Shown in pieces: positions 34,216 through 45,666 of a stretch of DNA of 64,000 nt; the first letter of the stretch is position 1; each line of letters opens with the position of its first letter. The notes below the pieces were generated by a model. It had not been told where the DNA came from. It saw only the letters and a list, made by a program, of their open reading frames with translations, and ran no database searches. The stretch comes from an uncultured Gemmatimonadaceae bacterium (GTDB lineage: Bacteria > Gemmatimonadota > Gemmatimonadetes > Gemmatimonadales > Gemmatimonadaceae). The DNA lies in contig CAVUDW010000002.1 of the NCBI GenBank assembly GCA_963740355.1, forward strand, positions 1,248,001 to 1,312,000, written 5' to 3'. Made by a program: the position numbers and the translations under genes.

Positions 34216-34254
34216 GAGGGCTCGGTGTGCCATTGTGTGGCATGTCGAGCCCTT
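34216..34254 (+). terminator. Long hairpin between ggt and the Uma2 gene
   Basis: GAGGGCTCGGTGTGCCAT-tgt-GTGGCATGTCGAGCCCTT, 18 bp including G-U pairs. The U-tail is weak. Confidence 0.4.
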
Positions 34255-34282
34255 GCCAAATCCCTCGAATAGAGAGCAGACT

Positions 34283-34876
34283 ATGGCTATGCCTGTCACG
34301 CGCCATTGGACTGTTGCTGACGTGCGTGAACTCACGCGCGAGGATCGGCCGTGGCCGCGATACGAACTCATCGATGGTGAACTGCTCGTGACGCCGGCGC
34401 CGCAGAATCGGCACCAAATCACATGCCAGGAGATTTGGAAGCTGTTGGATGCGTACGTCACGATCGCGAACACCGGTCTCGCCGTGATGTCGCCATCGGA
34501 CCTCGAGCTCCGTACTGGCACGATCACCCAGCCGGACGTTTTCGTGGCGCCGTTCGACACACCAATCGCTAGTGTGTTCCTCGAATGGTCCGATGTGCGG
34601 TCGCTGCTGCTTGCCGTCGAGGTTCTGTCACCGAGTTCGCTTCGGACGGACCGGGTGGTGAAGCGTGACTTCTATCTCGCCAACCATGTCGATGAATACT
34701 GGATCGTCGATATCGATGCACGCGTGATCGAGCGTTGGCGCCCAGTACAGGAAACACCCGAGTTGCATCGCGCAGAGATCGCGTGGTCGCCGATTGGACG
34801 AGCGCCGCTCGTGATCGATGTGCAAGAGTTGTTCGACACGATCGATGCCAAGGCGCGACTGCTTCCTCGCCCGTAG
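34283..34876 (+). CDS. Uma2 family (PD-(D/E)XK) putative endonuclease
   Basis: RYELIDGELLVTPAP..H, QPDVFV, LLAVEVLSPSS..DRVVKR.FY...V.EYWIVD. Confidence 0.93.
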   Translation: MAMPVTRHWTVADVRELTREDRPWPRYELIDGELLVTPAPQNRHQITCQEIWKLLDAYVTIANTGLAVMSPSDLELRTGTITQPDVFVAPFDTPIASVFLEWSDVRSLLLAVEVLSPSSLRTDRVVKRDFYLANHVDEYWIVDIDARVIERWRPVQETPELHRAEIAWSPIGRAPLVIDVQELFDTIDAKARLLPRP

Positions 34877-34909
34877 CGAAGGAGCAGCCGCGCGCCCGGT
34901 TGTTGCAGT

Positions 34910-36565
<1,656 letters not shown>

Positions 36566-36722
36566 CGCGTCATCCCCACTCGATCCGCCTGGAACTGTAT
36601 GAAGTCATGCGGAGGATCGACTCGATGCCACGGTGCGTCTTCGCATGGTGGCAGCGGCGCGGACGTCACATGTCTCGCGTCAGGATCTTGCCGCTGGGAA
36701 TCGTGACGCGTATTTCGTGCCG

Positions 36723-36765
36723 AAAAAAATCGGGCGGCACCGCATCACTCGCGGTACCGCCCGAT
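36723..36765 (-). terminator. Intrinsic terminator of the 36836-37927 gene
   Basis: Minus strand ATCGGGCGGTACCGC-loop-GCGGTGCCGCCCGAT followed by TTTTTT. Confidence 0.85.
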
Positions 36766-36835
36766 CCGTGGTGCAGCCCCGTGGCCGCTGATACTTCAGG
36801 CCTGTTGCTGCGCACTGGTCATCCTGGCACCGATG

Positions 36836-37927
36836 CTACTGATATTGAATGTAGCTGATGGTGGGGCGCAAGCGCAGCAGTTCCGACGGCAGCAGGAGCG
36901 CGTCGCCCTTCTTGGTGTCGTTGTGATAGAAGAGCTTGAATCCCGTGAACTGTACAGGATGGTTCACGATGTAGTCGCGGAACGAATCGAGCTTGAGCCA
37001 GGGCGGGCCCCAGCCGTCCATGTGCATCACCACCTGCACGTTGCGCGTCGGCCGGATGTTTTCGGCATCCGGGACCATCTTGCGGGTGAATCGATGCACG
37101 ACCAGCACTTTCGGGGGCAAGTGCTTGTCCGTCACGAGCTTGTCGAGCGTGCGAATCACGTAGTTGATGTCGCTCGCCATCATCGTGCCGATCTTGCTGC
37201 TGGGCCGCGCGCCTTCCTTGTCGTAATGCATGTAGAACTCGGGATCCACGCCGAGGTGGACGTCCGGGCGCTCGAGATACGTCAGGAGCGCGGGGAGTTC
37301 CTGCTGCAACGTGCTGTGCGAGGCCTGAATGTCGAGAATGAGAATGCCATTCCGGCTCTTCGCCCAGGCATACGTCTTTTCGATCATCGATGGATCTTCG
37401 CGGCGCCGCCACATCCCGTCCGCGCCTGCGGCGCCCTGCGCCACCACCGTCACGAGGTGGATCGCAGGCATCACCGGCGTGGACGGATCCGCGGTATTCC
37501 ACTCCTGCACAGTTCGGTCCCACATGCGGAGCATTTCCTGCTCCTCGTACTCGCCGATCACACCCATCTTCTTCGAGTGTGGGTTGCCGTAGTACGCCAC
37601 GATGCGCTTGGCCGGGAGAATGGCGCCCGGGGCGCCCTCGACTTCAGGCCACTTCGCAACACTGGCGTCTCCCGCCTTGATCGCCGCCGCATAGGAGCGC
37701 TGGTCCATGCCCGAGCGACCTTCGCGCAGCACGCCGGGGGCCGGTGGCACCGTGTCGCGTCGGACGGCGGGCGCCGTCGCAGCGACCCCAGCCTTCGCGG
37801 AATCGGCCGGCGCGGCAGGCTTCGGCGTGTCCTTCGAACACCCTGCGAGGAGTGCCGTGAGCAGCACAGCGATGCCGGCGGAATGAGCCGTGCCGGTTGG
37901 AACCGTGCGAGAAACCTTCAGCAGCAT
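36836..37927 (-). CDS. Conserved hypothetical lipoprotein (possible TIM-barrel/hydrolase-like domain)
   Basis: Lipobox LAGC, RIVAYYGNP, LILDIQ, VHLGVDPEF, VVHRFT, MDGWG, GFKLFY. Strongly biased codon usage. Confidence 0.85.
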   Translation of the reverse strand: MLLKVSRTVPTGTAHSAGIAVLLTALLAGCSKDTPKPAAPADSAKAGVAATAPAVRRDTVPPAPGVLREGRSGMDQRSYAAAIKAGDASVAKWPEVEGAPGAILPAKRIVAYYGNPHSKKMGVIGEYEEQEMLRMWDRTVQEWNTADPSTPVMPAIHLVTVVAQGAAGADGMWRRREDPSMIEKTYAWAKSRNGILILDIQASHSTLQQELPALLTYLERPDVHLGVDPEFYMHYDKEGARPSSKIGTMMASDINYVIRTLDKLVTDKHLPPKVLVVHRFTRKMVPDAENIRPTRNVQVVMHMDGWGPPWLKLDSFRDYIVNHPVQFTGFKLFYHNDTKKGDALLLPSELLRLRPTISYIQYQ

Positions 37928-38090
37928 GGAGTCAGCGAGAGTCAGCGGAGGTGAGCGCGAAATTCGTGCACCGAGTCGTGCCAGCCGACGCCACAGCGAT
38001 GGACACCAGCGTCGGTGAACACAATGAATGGGGCTAAGCTAGTCGCGCCCGGAAGCTCGGGCCTCGCCACGTCCGGCGGATCACCCGCTG

Positions 38091-39521
38091 CTACCGCACC
38101 CGGCCGAGGTGATACTGAATCCCGCTCGCGGTCACGTTCTGCAAGTGCAGGATTCGGCCACCGTTGACCGACTCGAAGGCGACAGCAAACGTCTCGCTCT
38201 TCCCCTCGAAACGATTCGTGAGTGTGAGCTCCCAATTCCCGCGCATGCTCCAGCGGCCCACGTATTCGTTCTGGTACACGCGCTGCGACCCGGTCATCCC
38301 GCTCGCGCCGGCGTGTTTGCTGGTGTACGTGCCATCGGCGCGAAGGAAGAACTGATTGCTCGTCGCCGTCGAGTTCATCCCAGCGTAGTTCCCGGTGGCC
38401 GTGTAGTACATGTCGATGCCTGTTGCGCTGCTCTCGGACCAATGCCCGACGACATCCGACGGCGCCACCGCAAATCGATTCACGCCAAGCGCCGATTCGA
38501 GGTCGTCCGGCTTGGGATACGCCTGCAGATACACCGCTCGACTTGGCGCGACCACCAGGATATTCAACGCACCGCCGCCAGTCCGGTGCACGTTCATGCC
38601 GATGTAGACCGGCGTCCCGGTGGCACGTTCGATGGCATCCGTCTCACGGTAGACCGTCTGCGAATACGCGAGGTCAGCGCGCCGACGATCGATCGCACGG
38701 ATGTCGTACCGTGGCAGGATGTCGCGATTCCAGAAGTAGTCCTCGACATCGATCACCGGCGGACGCATCTGCTCGGTCATCGGCACCCGCCGAAACAGGT
38801 ACACCGTGATCGGACCGCGGACCGCTTTTACGAACGCCGCGTCGTCAGTGGTCACCCAGCCGTCGGCGAAGGTCGTGGTCGTGAAGTGAAACCCGGCATC
38901 GCCGGCTGTTCGCGACGCGGACGTTTCTGTCGGCTCGGCTGCTGTGGGTGGCGTGCTTGCGATTGCCACAGGATGTTCAGCGGGCGGCGCGCTGGAGGGC
39001 GGTGTCGCGGCCGAGGTGCTCGGCGAGGGTTGGGACGGAGGCTCAGCGCTCGAGACAGTGGCTTGTCCCGACGCGACCTGGGTGTTTCGCTGCGCAATCT
39101 CGATCACATAGATGTAGCGATCCCGCCGATTCGCCTCGAACGAGAGCAGATAGGCGGGGCCGCCCTTCTCCGCCACCACAAGCCCGGTGTCGGTTGGATC
39201 CGGCGTCACGGTCCAGCCCGCGGCTGTCAGCACAGCGAGGAACTCCGGCTGCCATGGCGCATCGAGCGGAACCTTGAACACCTCGAGCGGATCGCCGAGT
39301 GTGAAGCCACGCTTGCCGCCATCAAGTTTGAGCGACAGACGCGCGGCGCCGCGATAGAGACCGCTCTTGCTGAGCGATGCGCCGGAGGGCATGGCGACAC
39401 CCAGCAGCGCGGACGCCTGCATCACCGCTGCCTGCGTGTTGGCTAGTGCCGCGCTGCTCTGCGCTCGTGCGACAGGGGCCTGCGACGCGAACGCCAGAAC
39501 TGCCGCGATGATCGCTTTCAT
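38091..39521 (-). CDS. Secreted hypothetical protein with two domains joined by a Pro/Ser/Thr linker
   Basis: Signal peptide MKAIIAAVLAF...ARA-Q. The C-terminal region is beta-rich (VVGHWSE, FFLRADGTYT). Confidence 0.75.
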   Translation of the reverse strand: MKAIIAAVLAFASQAPVARAQSSAALANTQAAVMQASALLGVAMPSGASLSKSGLYRGAARLSLKLDGGKRGFTLGDPLEVFKVPLDAPWQPEFLAVLTAAGWTVTPDPTDTGLVVAEKGGPAYLLSFEANRRDRYIYVIEIAQRNTQVASGQATVSSAEPPSQPSPSTSAATPPSSAPPAEHPVAIASTPPTAAEPTETSASRTAGDAGFHFTTTTFADGWVTTDDAAFVKAVRGPITVYLFRRVPMTEQMRPPVIDVEDYFWNRDILPRYDIRAIDRRRADLAYSQTVYRETDAIERATGTPVYIGMNVHRTGGGALNILVVAPSRAVYLQAYPKPDDLESALGVNRFAVAPSDVVGHWSESSATGIDMYYTATGNYAGMNSTATSNQFFLRADGTYTSKHAGASGMTGSQRVYQNEYVGRWSMRGNWELTLTNRFEGKSETFAVAFESVNGGRILHLQNVTASGIQYHLGRVR

Positions 39522-39684
39522 GATGCCAGGGTGCTGGTGCGCGCAACGGCGAGCGGTCGCCGTCAACCCGCGGAGGCGCAGACCTGCGTCTCGCGCGAGC
39601 GACGGATGGGGCATTCACGTATATAACGGTCCAGGCTGCGCCATTTTCTCATCACACCTTCCCGAACGACGGCACACACCCCGG

Positions 39685-40365
39685 ATGACCACCGTCCTGA
39701 TTTTCGGCGCCAGCGGCATGATCGGGCAGGGCGTCCTCGACGCCTGCCTGCGTGATGCCAGTGTCGATCGGATCATCGTGATCGGTCGGACGCGCATTGG
39801 GCGCACCGATGCCAGGATCCATCAGGTCGTGACGGCCGACGTCACGGCCCTCGCGCCACACGCCGCGCTCTTGTCCACCGTCAACGCCTGCTTCTACTGC
39901 CTTGGCACATCGGCGGCAGGGATGAACGAGGCGGCATACACGCGCGTCACGTACGACATCGCGATGGCCATTGCGCCACAACTGGCCAGATTCGCGCCTT
40001 CGATGACGTTCATTTACGTGTCAGGCCTGGGCACCGACAGCACCGAGCGCACAGGCGCGATGTGGGCGCGGGTGAAGGGGCGCACCGAGAATGCGCTGCT
40101 GGCGTTGCCATTTCGGGCCTCGTACATGTTCCGACCGGGCCTCGTGATGCCGGAAGGGAATGCCAGGTCGAAGACGGCCGTCTACCGCGTGGCGTACCTT
40201 GTGCTTGCGCCGCTGCTGCCGCTGCTGAAGCGATTCTTCCCGGCGTACATCACCACCACCGGCGAAGTCGGTCGTGCCATGCTCAACGTGGGCCGTCGCG
40301 GCTACGCGAAACGGGTGCTCGAATCGCGGGACATCACGGCCGCGTCAACCGTGCCGCGCCTGTAG
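39685..40365 (+). CDS. NAD(P)-binding epimerase/atypical SDR (TIP30-like)
   Basis: GASGMIG, CFYCLG, WARVKGRTEN, FRPG. Confidence 0.9.
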   Translation: MTTVLIFGASGMIGQGVLDACLRDASVDRIIVIGRTRIGRTDARIHQVVTADVTALAPHAALLSTVNACFYCLGTSAAGMNEAAYTRVTYDIAMAIAPQLARFAPSMTFIYVSGLGTDSTERTGAMWARVKGRTENALLALPFRASYMFRPGLVMPEGNARSKTAVYRVAYLVLAPLLPLLKRFFPAYITTTGEVGRAMLNVGRRGYAKRVLESRDITAASTVPRL

Positions 40366-40418
40366 CTGCCGCACCTGCAGGTGGTGCGCCTCGCGCGTCG
40401 CACCACCTCCGCGAGCGA

Positions 40419-41741
40419 TCACTGCTGAATTGCGATCGTCACCAGGTCGTTCACGTTCGCCGGACCACTCACCTTCACGACACCAAAGCGCACGGCGTTG
40501 TTGGTGAGCGAGATCGTTGCCACCGCGCCAGCCGCCGTTGCAACAGCGCGTTGGATGAGCGCACCGGTGGCGAAGTTGCGGAGCTCGAGTGTGACCGGGA
40601 ATCCGGGTGCCGTGCCAGTGATGCGCACCACCTGACCATTCGTCAGTGCCGGCAGGATCCGCACATCGCGCGAGGTGCAGGTTGGCGTGATGGCAGTGGC
40701 AAACGTCACGCCGGTCGTCACATCAGTGGGAACGCAGGCGAGTCGCGGATCGGGGTTGAGTGACGTCGTGACCGAGTACGTCCCTGGATCCTGCGTGGGC
40801 GCCGTGACGAGGAAGCCGTAGGTGCCGGCACGAATCACCGCAAAACCGGTCGTCGCCGTATCGGCGACGGGCAGCCCGTAGAGCGCTCCGCTGATGTTGA
40901 GCGGGACCAGCGCCATCGGAATCGCCGGGGTCAGCTTCACTGCGTAGTACGTCTGCTCCGTCGCCGTCACGGAATACTGATTGGCCACGCGGTAGCCGAA
41001 CAGGTTCTGGCAGGTCGACAGGTCGATGCTGCCCGTGATCGTCGTGCCGATGGTGACCGGGCGAACCAGGCTGCACGCGGGCACGATCAGGATGCGCACG
41101 GTATCGCGCAGCGAATCGGCGCCGGCACGTGGCGTGGCCGCCTCGATGCTCGCAGTGCCGCTCGCAATCGCGTTCACCAGTCCGGCTGACGTCACGCTGG
41201 CCTGATTCGGCGAGAGTGTGCGCCACGATACCGGCGCCCCGACAATCACGCTGCCATTCTGGTCGCGGATCGTGACAGTAAGTGCGCGCGATCCGAGCGG
41301 CGACAGCGTGTCCACATCGGGGCGTGCATCGATGGTGGTCGCGACCTTTGCCCGCACGGTGATCGCGACGGTGGTGCTAGCCTTGTCGCCGAATGCCGTC
41401 GCAGTCAACGTCGCGGTGCCGACACCGACAGCCGTCACCAGGCCGCTCGCGTCGACGGTCGCGATCTGCGCGTTGCTGGTGCTCCAGCGGACGGTCCGGT
41501 CGTCGTTGGCGCAGCCGCCGGAGAGGCTCACCGATACCTGGCCCGTGCCACCGATGTCGATTGCGAGCGCCGTCGGTGTGGGGGTGAGCACGCGCACCGG
41601 CTCGATGATCCCGCCGCAGCTGTTGCCATCGCCGCCCGACGAACAACCGGCGACGGTCGCGCCGAGCAGCAGCGCCAGACCGAACACCTGGCGGCGGATG
41701 GTGACTGACGCGGCGCGGCGTGTCGAACGATCGAGAGTCAT
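40419..41741 (-). CDS. Ig-like (Big_2) domain lipoprotein
   Basis: Lipobox VAGC, WSTSNAQIATVDASGLV. Collinear with 34910-36565 but lacks the PT tract. Confidence 0.85.
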   Translation of the reverse strand: MTLDRSTRRAASVTIRRQVFGLALLLGATVAGCSSGGDGNSCGGIIEPVRVLTPTPTALAIDIGGTGQVSVSLSGGCANDDRTVRWSTSNAQIATVDASGLVTAVGVGTATLTATAFGDKASTTVAITVRAKVATTIDARPDVDTLSPLGSRALTVTIRDQNGSVIVGAPVSWRTLSPNQASVTSAGLVNAIASGTASIEAATPRAGADSLRDTVRILIVPACSLVRPVTIGTTITGSIDLSTCQNLFGYRVANQYSVTATEQTYYAVKLTPAIPMALVPLNISGALYGLPVADTATTGFAVIRAGTYGFLVTAPTQDPGTYSVTTSLNPDPRLACVPTDVTTGVTFATAITPTCTSRDVRILPALTNGQVVRITGTAPGFPVTLELRNFATGALIQRAVATAAGAVATISLTNNAVRFGVVKVSGPANVNDLVTIAIQQ

Positions 41742-42337
41742 CGTGGGAAGCCCATGCTGATGCCGATTTTTGCCGTGTAGGTCGAGAACGGCCGGAATTC
41801 GAGTGCGCCGATCTTCCCGAACTGCTGGCGCACGAGCTGCGCACCGGCGTCGAGATTGATCGTGCGCGAGAGTCGGATGGCCAGCCCACCACCCGCGCCG
41901 AACGCAGTCCCGTTGGCGCTGCCACCTTCCGCAAACTCGAAGGTGCCGGTCATGTGCTGCGCGGCAAATCGTGCGGAGAGGTATGGGAAGATCGTGCTCG
42001 ACGGGATCGGTGGTACCCAGCGCGGCTCGAGGAAGAGTCCCGAGATCGTGAGCCGGTCATTCACCTTGGTGTGCACGGTGTACTGCGCGCCAAGGCCGAG
42101 TGAGAGCGCGCCAAATCCCTCGCTCGCGTAGACTCGGCTGAAACGCTGCTGCAGTTCGACACCCGCGCCAGACACGGTTGTGTTTCCCGCACGAATCGTC
42201 GTGAAGAGGGCCGACAGCTGGATCGCGTAGGGCTGCGCCGATTGCGCCCGGACCGACATGACCGGCACACCCCACAGGCCCATGGCGAGCAGTGTGGTGC
42301 GAAGCAGCGAATGTGCAGCGGTGCGAATCACGAGCAT
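41738..42337 (-). CDS. Small outer-membrane beta-barrel protein
   Basis: Signal peptide, alternating beta strands (IFPYLSARFA, AFGAGGGLAIRL), C-terminal aromatic (ISMGF). Its stop overlaps the Ig lipoprotein start (ATGA). Confidence 0.72.
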   Translation of the reverse strand: MLVIRTAAHSLLRTTLLAMGLWGVPVMSVRAQSAQPYAIQLSALFTTIRAGNTTVSGAGVELQQRFSRVYASEGFGALSLGLGAQYTVHTKVNDRLTISGLFLEPRWVPPIPSSTIFPYLSARFAAQHMTGTFEFAEGGSANGTAFGAGGGLAIRLSRTINLDAGAQLVRQQFGKIGALEFRPFSTYTAKIGISMGFPR

Positions 42338-42395
42338 CTCGAACGGGATGTGCGGTGGGGAAGGGAAATCCTGGAACCGTGGTGCGTACGGTGCA

Positions 42396-43718
42396 TCACG
42401 GCTTCCGAAGCGTACCAACAGTGACGTCGGACGCGGAGACGGCATTCCGGCTCTTCTCGACATCCATCGAGATCGGCGCGATTCGCGTGAACGGTCGGCC
42501 ACCAGCATCGAACTTGGTCATGCGCATCTCGAAGGTCACGCGCACCACGTTGGCGTTGGCGCTGATCGTCGTGGGTGCACCCACCAGTTGCACCCGATGT
42601 CCGGCGCCGGTTGCCATGAACTCCATCAAGGGCACCTCGCCGCCGCCATCGCGCCGGACTTGCCCAACGAAGCGATCGACCGCCGACTTCACGTCGTCGG
42701 CATCCAGCAGTTCGCTGCGCGGCGTTTCGCGGACCGCTGGTGCGGCCGTCGGCACCGTGACCTGCGGCGCCGTCACCCGCGGCTGGGTCTCGGCCGCCGT
42801 CACGACTGGCTGCGCCACAACGGGACGGGCCGTCACGGGGACGGCCGTGGTTGTCGCCGGCGGCTGGGAGATCGGCACAGGTGCGGACCCGCGCGTTGCG
42901 ACTGCCGGCACCGCCGGTGCAGGAGCGCGCACGACCAGATCGAGGGCGAGCTGACCGGCGACGCCGGCATCGGCGATGATGCGCACGCGACCTGGCTTCC
43001 GACCGGTCACGGTGCCCCGCCGCCGATCGACGGTGGCGATACTGGCGTCCGTGCTGGTGTATTCGATACTGCCCGGCAACTCGGTGTTGGTGGCGCGGTC
43101 GCGCACGGCCCCGCGGAGCTGGATCAGCTCGCCCGTTCGGAGCGACTCGGAAACGAGCGGGACCATTCTGAGGACTGGAACCATCGCCATCTGTCGCGTC
43201 GATCCAACAGGTGTGCTGGTCTGGGGCGCCGGTGTCCGTGCCGGAATGCTGGCCGCCGCTGATGCCGTTGGAGTCGCCGGTGGCAGACTGGCCGGTATCG
43301 CAGGAGCAATGGTCGAGGCCGATCTGGCGCTGGCGGACTCGACCACACCAGCTGCCGGGAGACTGGCCGACGCAACCTGTGTGGCAGGCTCATCCGGAAT
43401 GTGTGCAGCTGTGTCCGCGGCAGACTGAGCGGCCCGCACCATCTCGATCGCCGGAGGCTCCGGAGCGTCGTCGGTCGTGAAATAGACTACGCCCATCAGC
43501 GCTGCGAAGCCCACGGCCGAGCCGACGATGATCCGGACGGGCCTGACCTTGCCCCGGAACAGATCGGCGCTCAAGGCAGGATTGCCGGGCAGGATCAGCG
43601 GCGTGCGCCCCGTGTCGGGAAACGGGTTCACATCCGCGCCACAGCGCGAGCAGGTGACATCGTCAACGCCAACGGGCGCCTTGCAGGTCGGACAGGTCGC
43701 GGAAAGCGTGGAGTTCAT
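42396..43718 (-). CDS. Membrane protein: N-terminal zinc ribbon, TM helix, Pro/Ala/Thr linker, Big_2 domain, C-terminal domain
   Basis: CPTC...CSRC, IIVGSAVGFAALMGVVYF, YTSTDASIATVDRRRGTVTG. Confidence 0.78.
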   Translation of the reverse strand: MNSTLSATCPTCKAPVGVDDVTCSRCGADVNPFPDTGRTPLILPGNPALSADLFRGKVRPVRIIVGSAVGFAALMGVVYFTTDDAPEPPAIEMVRAAQSAADTAAHIPDEPATQVASASLPAAGVVESASARSASTIAPAIPASLPPATPTASAAASIPARTPAPQTSTPVGSTRQMAMVPVLRMVPLVSESLRTGELIQLRGAVRDRATNTELPGSIEYTSTDASIATVDRRRGTVTGRKPGRVRIIADAGVAGQLALDLVVRAPAPAVPAVATRGSAPVPISQPPATTTAVPVTARPVVAQPVVTAAETQPRVTAPQVTVPTAAPAVRETPRSELLDADDVKSAVDRFVGQVRRDGGGEVPLMEFMATGAGHRVQLVGAPTTISANANVVRVTFEMRMTKFDAGGRPFTRIAPISMDVEKSRNAVSASDVTVGTLRKP

Positions 43719-43897
43719 GTCCAGCAGGGTACAGTCAGAGGGCGGAAACGCGCGGTCCTCGATGCCAAAAACATCGCGAGACACGGCTGTCGTCAGACAC
43801 TCCCCTGCGAGGATAGTGCCGCGGCGCCGATGAGCACGCCAGCCCGGCCCTCCCACCGCCCGCCCTGACCTGGTCAGCCCCACCTGGTCGGCTGTCC

Positions 43898-45139
43898 TCA
43901 GCCGGCGCGGATCACTCCCAGAAACCGGTCCACCTCGCCCCTCAGGAGCTCCGCCATGCGCGAGAGTTCGTCAGCGGCACCGAGCATCTGGCCCGCGGCG
44001 TCGCCGGTGTCGCGCACCGCACTGGAGACGGTCGAGATGGCCTGGGTCACCTCGCGTGTCCCAACCGCTGCTTCATGAATGCTTCGGTTGATCTCGACAT
44101 TCGCATTGCGTTGTTCGGCGACGGCGCCGGTCACGGCTTTCGACAGGTCGTTCACTCGGCGGACGGTGCCACCGATCCCGTCGATCGCCGTCACGACCTG
44201 CTCGGTCGCGCCCTGGATCGAGTTCACCTGCAGTTCGATCTCGGATGTCGCATCCCCGACTTCGACCGCGAGGTTCTTCACTTCTGCCGCCACCACCGCG
44301 AATCCCTTGCCCGCTTCGCCGACACGAGCCGCTTCGATGGCGGCATTGAGTGCGAGCAGGCGTGTCTGCCGCGAAATGTCATTGATCAACTTCACGACCC
44401 GCGTGATCTGTCCTGACGCTTCGGCGAGCGTGAAGACGGTCTCATTGGTGCGCTCCACAGCCATCACGGCCTGTGAGGAGATGCTGCTCGTCTCCTGCGC
44501 CTGCCGCTCGATTTCGGCCACCGTCGCCGTGATTTCCTCGGCTGCTGCTGCGACGGAATCCATGCCGCGCGACGCTTCCTCCGCTGCCGCCGCAACCGTG
44601 TGACTGTGCCTGGCTGTCTGGTCCGCCGTGTGCGACAACCCTTCGGCCGTGGCCCGTGCTTCCGTCGCCGCTGCCGCCACATTGTCGACCACCACCTTGA
44701 TTGCGGCCTCGAACTCATCGGCGAGCTGCAGGCGTGCCACGGATGCCGCGCGCAACTGATCGCTGCTGCGCGCCATCTGCTCGGTGGCCGTATTGATCAG
44801 GCCTGCGGCGGTGCGATAGCTCCCAAGCAGCCCGCGCACCAGCAGGCGTCGATAGAACTTTCCTTCCGACGCATGCTGGAGCGAGGCGCTCGACTCGCGG
44901 ACGAAGGCATCGGACAGGTCCAGCAGGTGATTGATACCCTGCGACAACTCACCGAGCGGACCGTCGGCGGGAATGCCGAGAATGCGTGGCTCGAGGTTCC
45001 CGGCCGCCGCCTGCCGCGCCACGTCGCAGATGACCCTGACGCCTGCATGAAAATCACTGAGTTCCGATCGTAGTGCGTCATTTTCGGCACGAAGCGACGC
45101 CAGTGTCGCCGTCGCCTCGACTGGAATGGCGGTCGTCAT
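43898..45139 (-). CDS. Soluble methyl-accepting chemotaxis protein (HAMP + signalling domain, no TM or sensor domain)
   Basis: INDISRQTRLLALNAAIEAARVGEAGKGFAVVAAEVKNLA. The N-terminus is HAMP-like (AAAGNLEPRI). No hydrophobic segment. Confidence 0.93.
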   Translation of the reverse strand: MTTAIPVEATATLASLRAENDALRSELSDFHAGVRVICDVARQAAAGNLEPRILGIPADGPLGELSQGINHLLDLSDAFVRESSASLQHASEGKFYRRLLVRGLLGSYRTAAGLINTATEQMARSSDQLRAASVARLQLADEFEAAIKVVVDNVAAAATEARATAEGLSHTADQTARHSHTVAAAAEEASRGMDSVAAAAEEITATVAEIERQAQETSSISSQAVMAVERTNETVFTLAEASGQITRVVKLINDISRQTRLLALNAAIEAARVGEAGKGFAVVAAEVKNLAVEVGDATSEIELQVNSIQGATEQVVTAIDGIGGTVRRVNDLSKAVTGAVAEQRNANVEINRSIHEAAVGTREVTQAISTVSSAVRDTGDAAGQMLGAADELSRMAELLRGEVDRFLGVIRAG

Positions 45140-45666
45140 AGTGTCCACACCCATTCGTCGTACGACTTTCCGGACGCGAGCAGTTCGGCATTCAGCTTGT
45201 CGTATGATGCGAGCAGCCCTTGTGCGCGATCAGGCGTGCGCTGTTCGACCGAGAGCAGGGCCGCGTACAGTGGTTCGGCCTTCGCGATCTTGCTGCGCTC
45301 GGGCACCCGGCGATTGGAGTGGAAGCCAATGATCGCTCCATCCGTGCCGAACGATGGCGTCATGTGGGCGAGTACCCAGTAGTTGTCGCCGGATCGCGCG
45401 AGGTTGTTCACGTACGCAAACACTTCGTGGCCGCCGAGCAACCGTTCCCAGAGGAACTTGAACACGGCGCGCGGCATCGCGGGATGTCGCACGAGGCTGT
45501 GTGGTGCGCCGAGCAGTTCGTGCTCCTCGTATCCCGAGACTTGCATGAACACACGGTTCGCATACGTGATCTTGCCGGAGACGTCCGTCTTGCTGACGAT
45601 GATTTCGTCTTCGGCGAAGGTCCGTTCGCGGCCCGTCGGATGAATGGCAGTGCGCGCCAGTGACAT
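45136..45666 (-). CDS. Stand-alone Aer-type PAS domain protein (FAD-binding type)
   Basis: IIVSKTDVSGKITYANRVF..VSGY..ELLGAPHSLVRHP.MP..VF..LW, VNNL..GDNYWV, S.RR. Confidence 0.92.
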   Translation of the reverse strand: MSLARTAIHPTGRERTFAEDEIIVSKTDVSGKITYANRVFMQVSGYEEHELLGAPHSLVRHPAMPRAVFKFLWERLLGGHEVFAYVNNLARSGDNYWVLAHMTPSFGTDGAIIGFHSNRRVPERSKIAKAEPLYAALLSVEQRTPDRAQGLLASYDKLNAELLASGKSYDEWVWTL

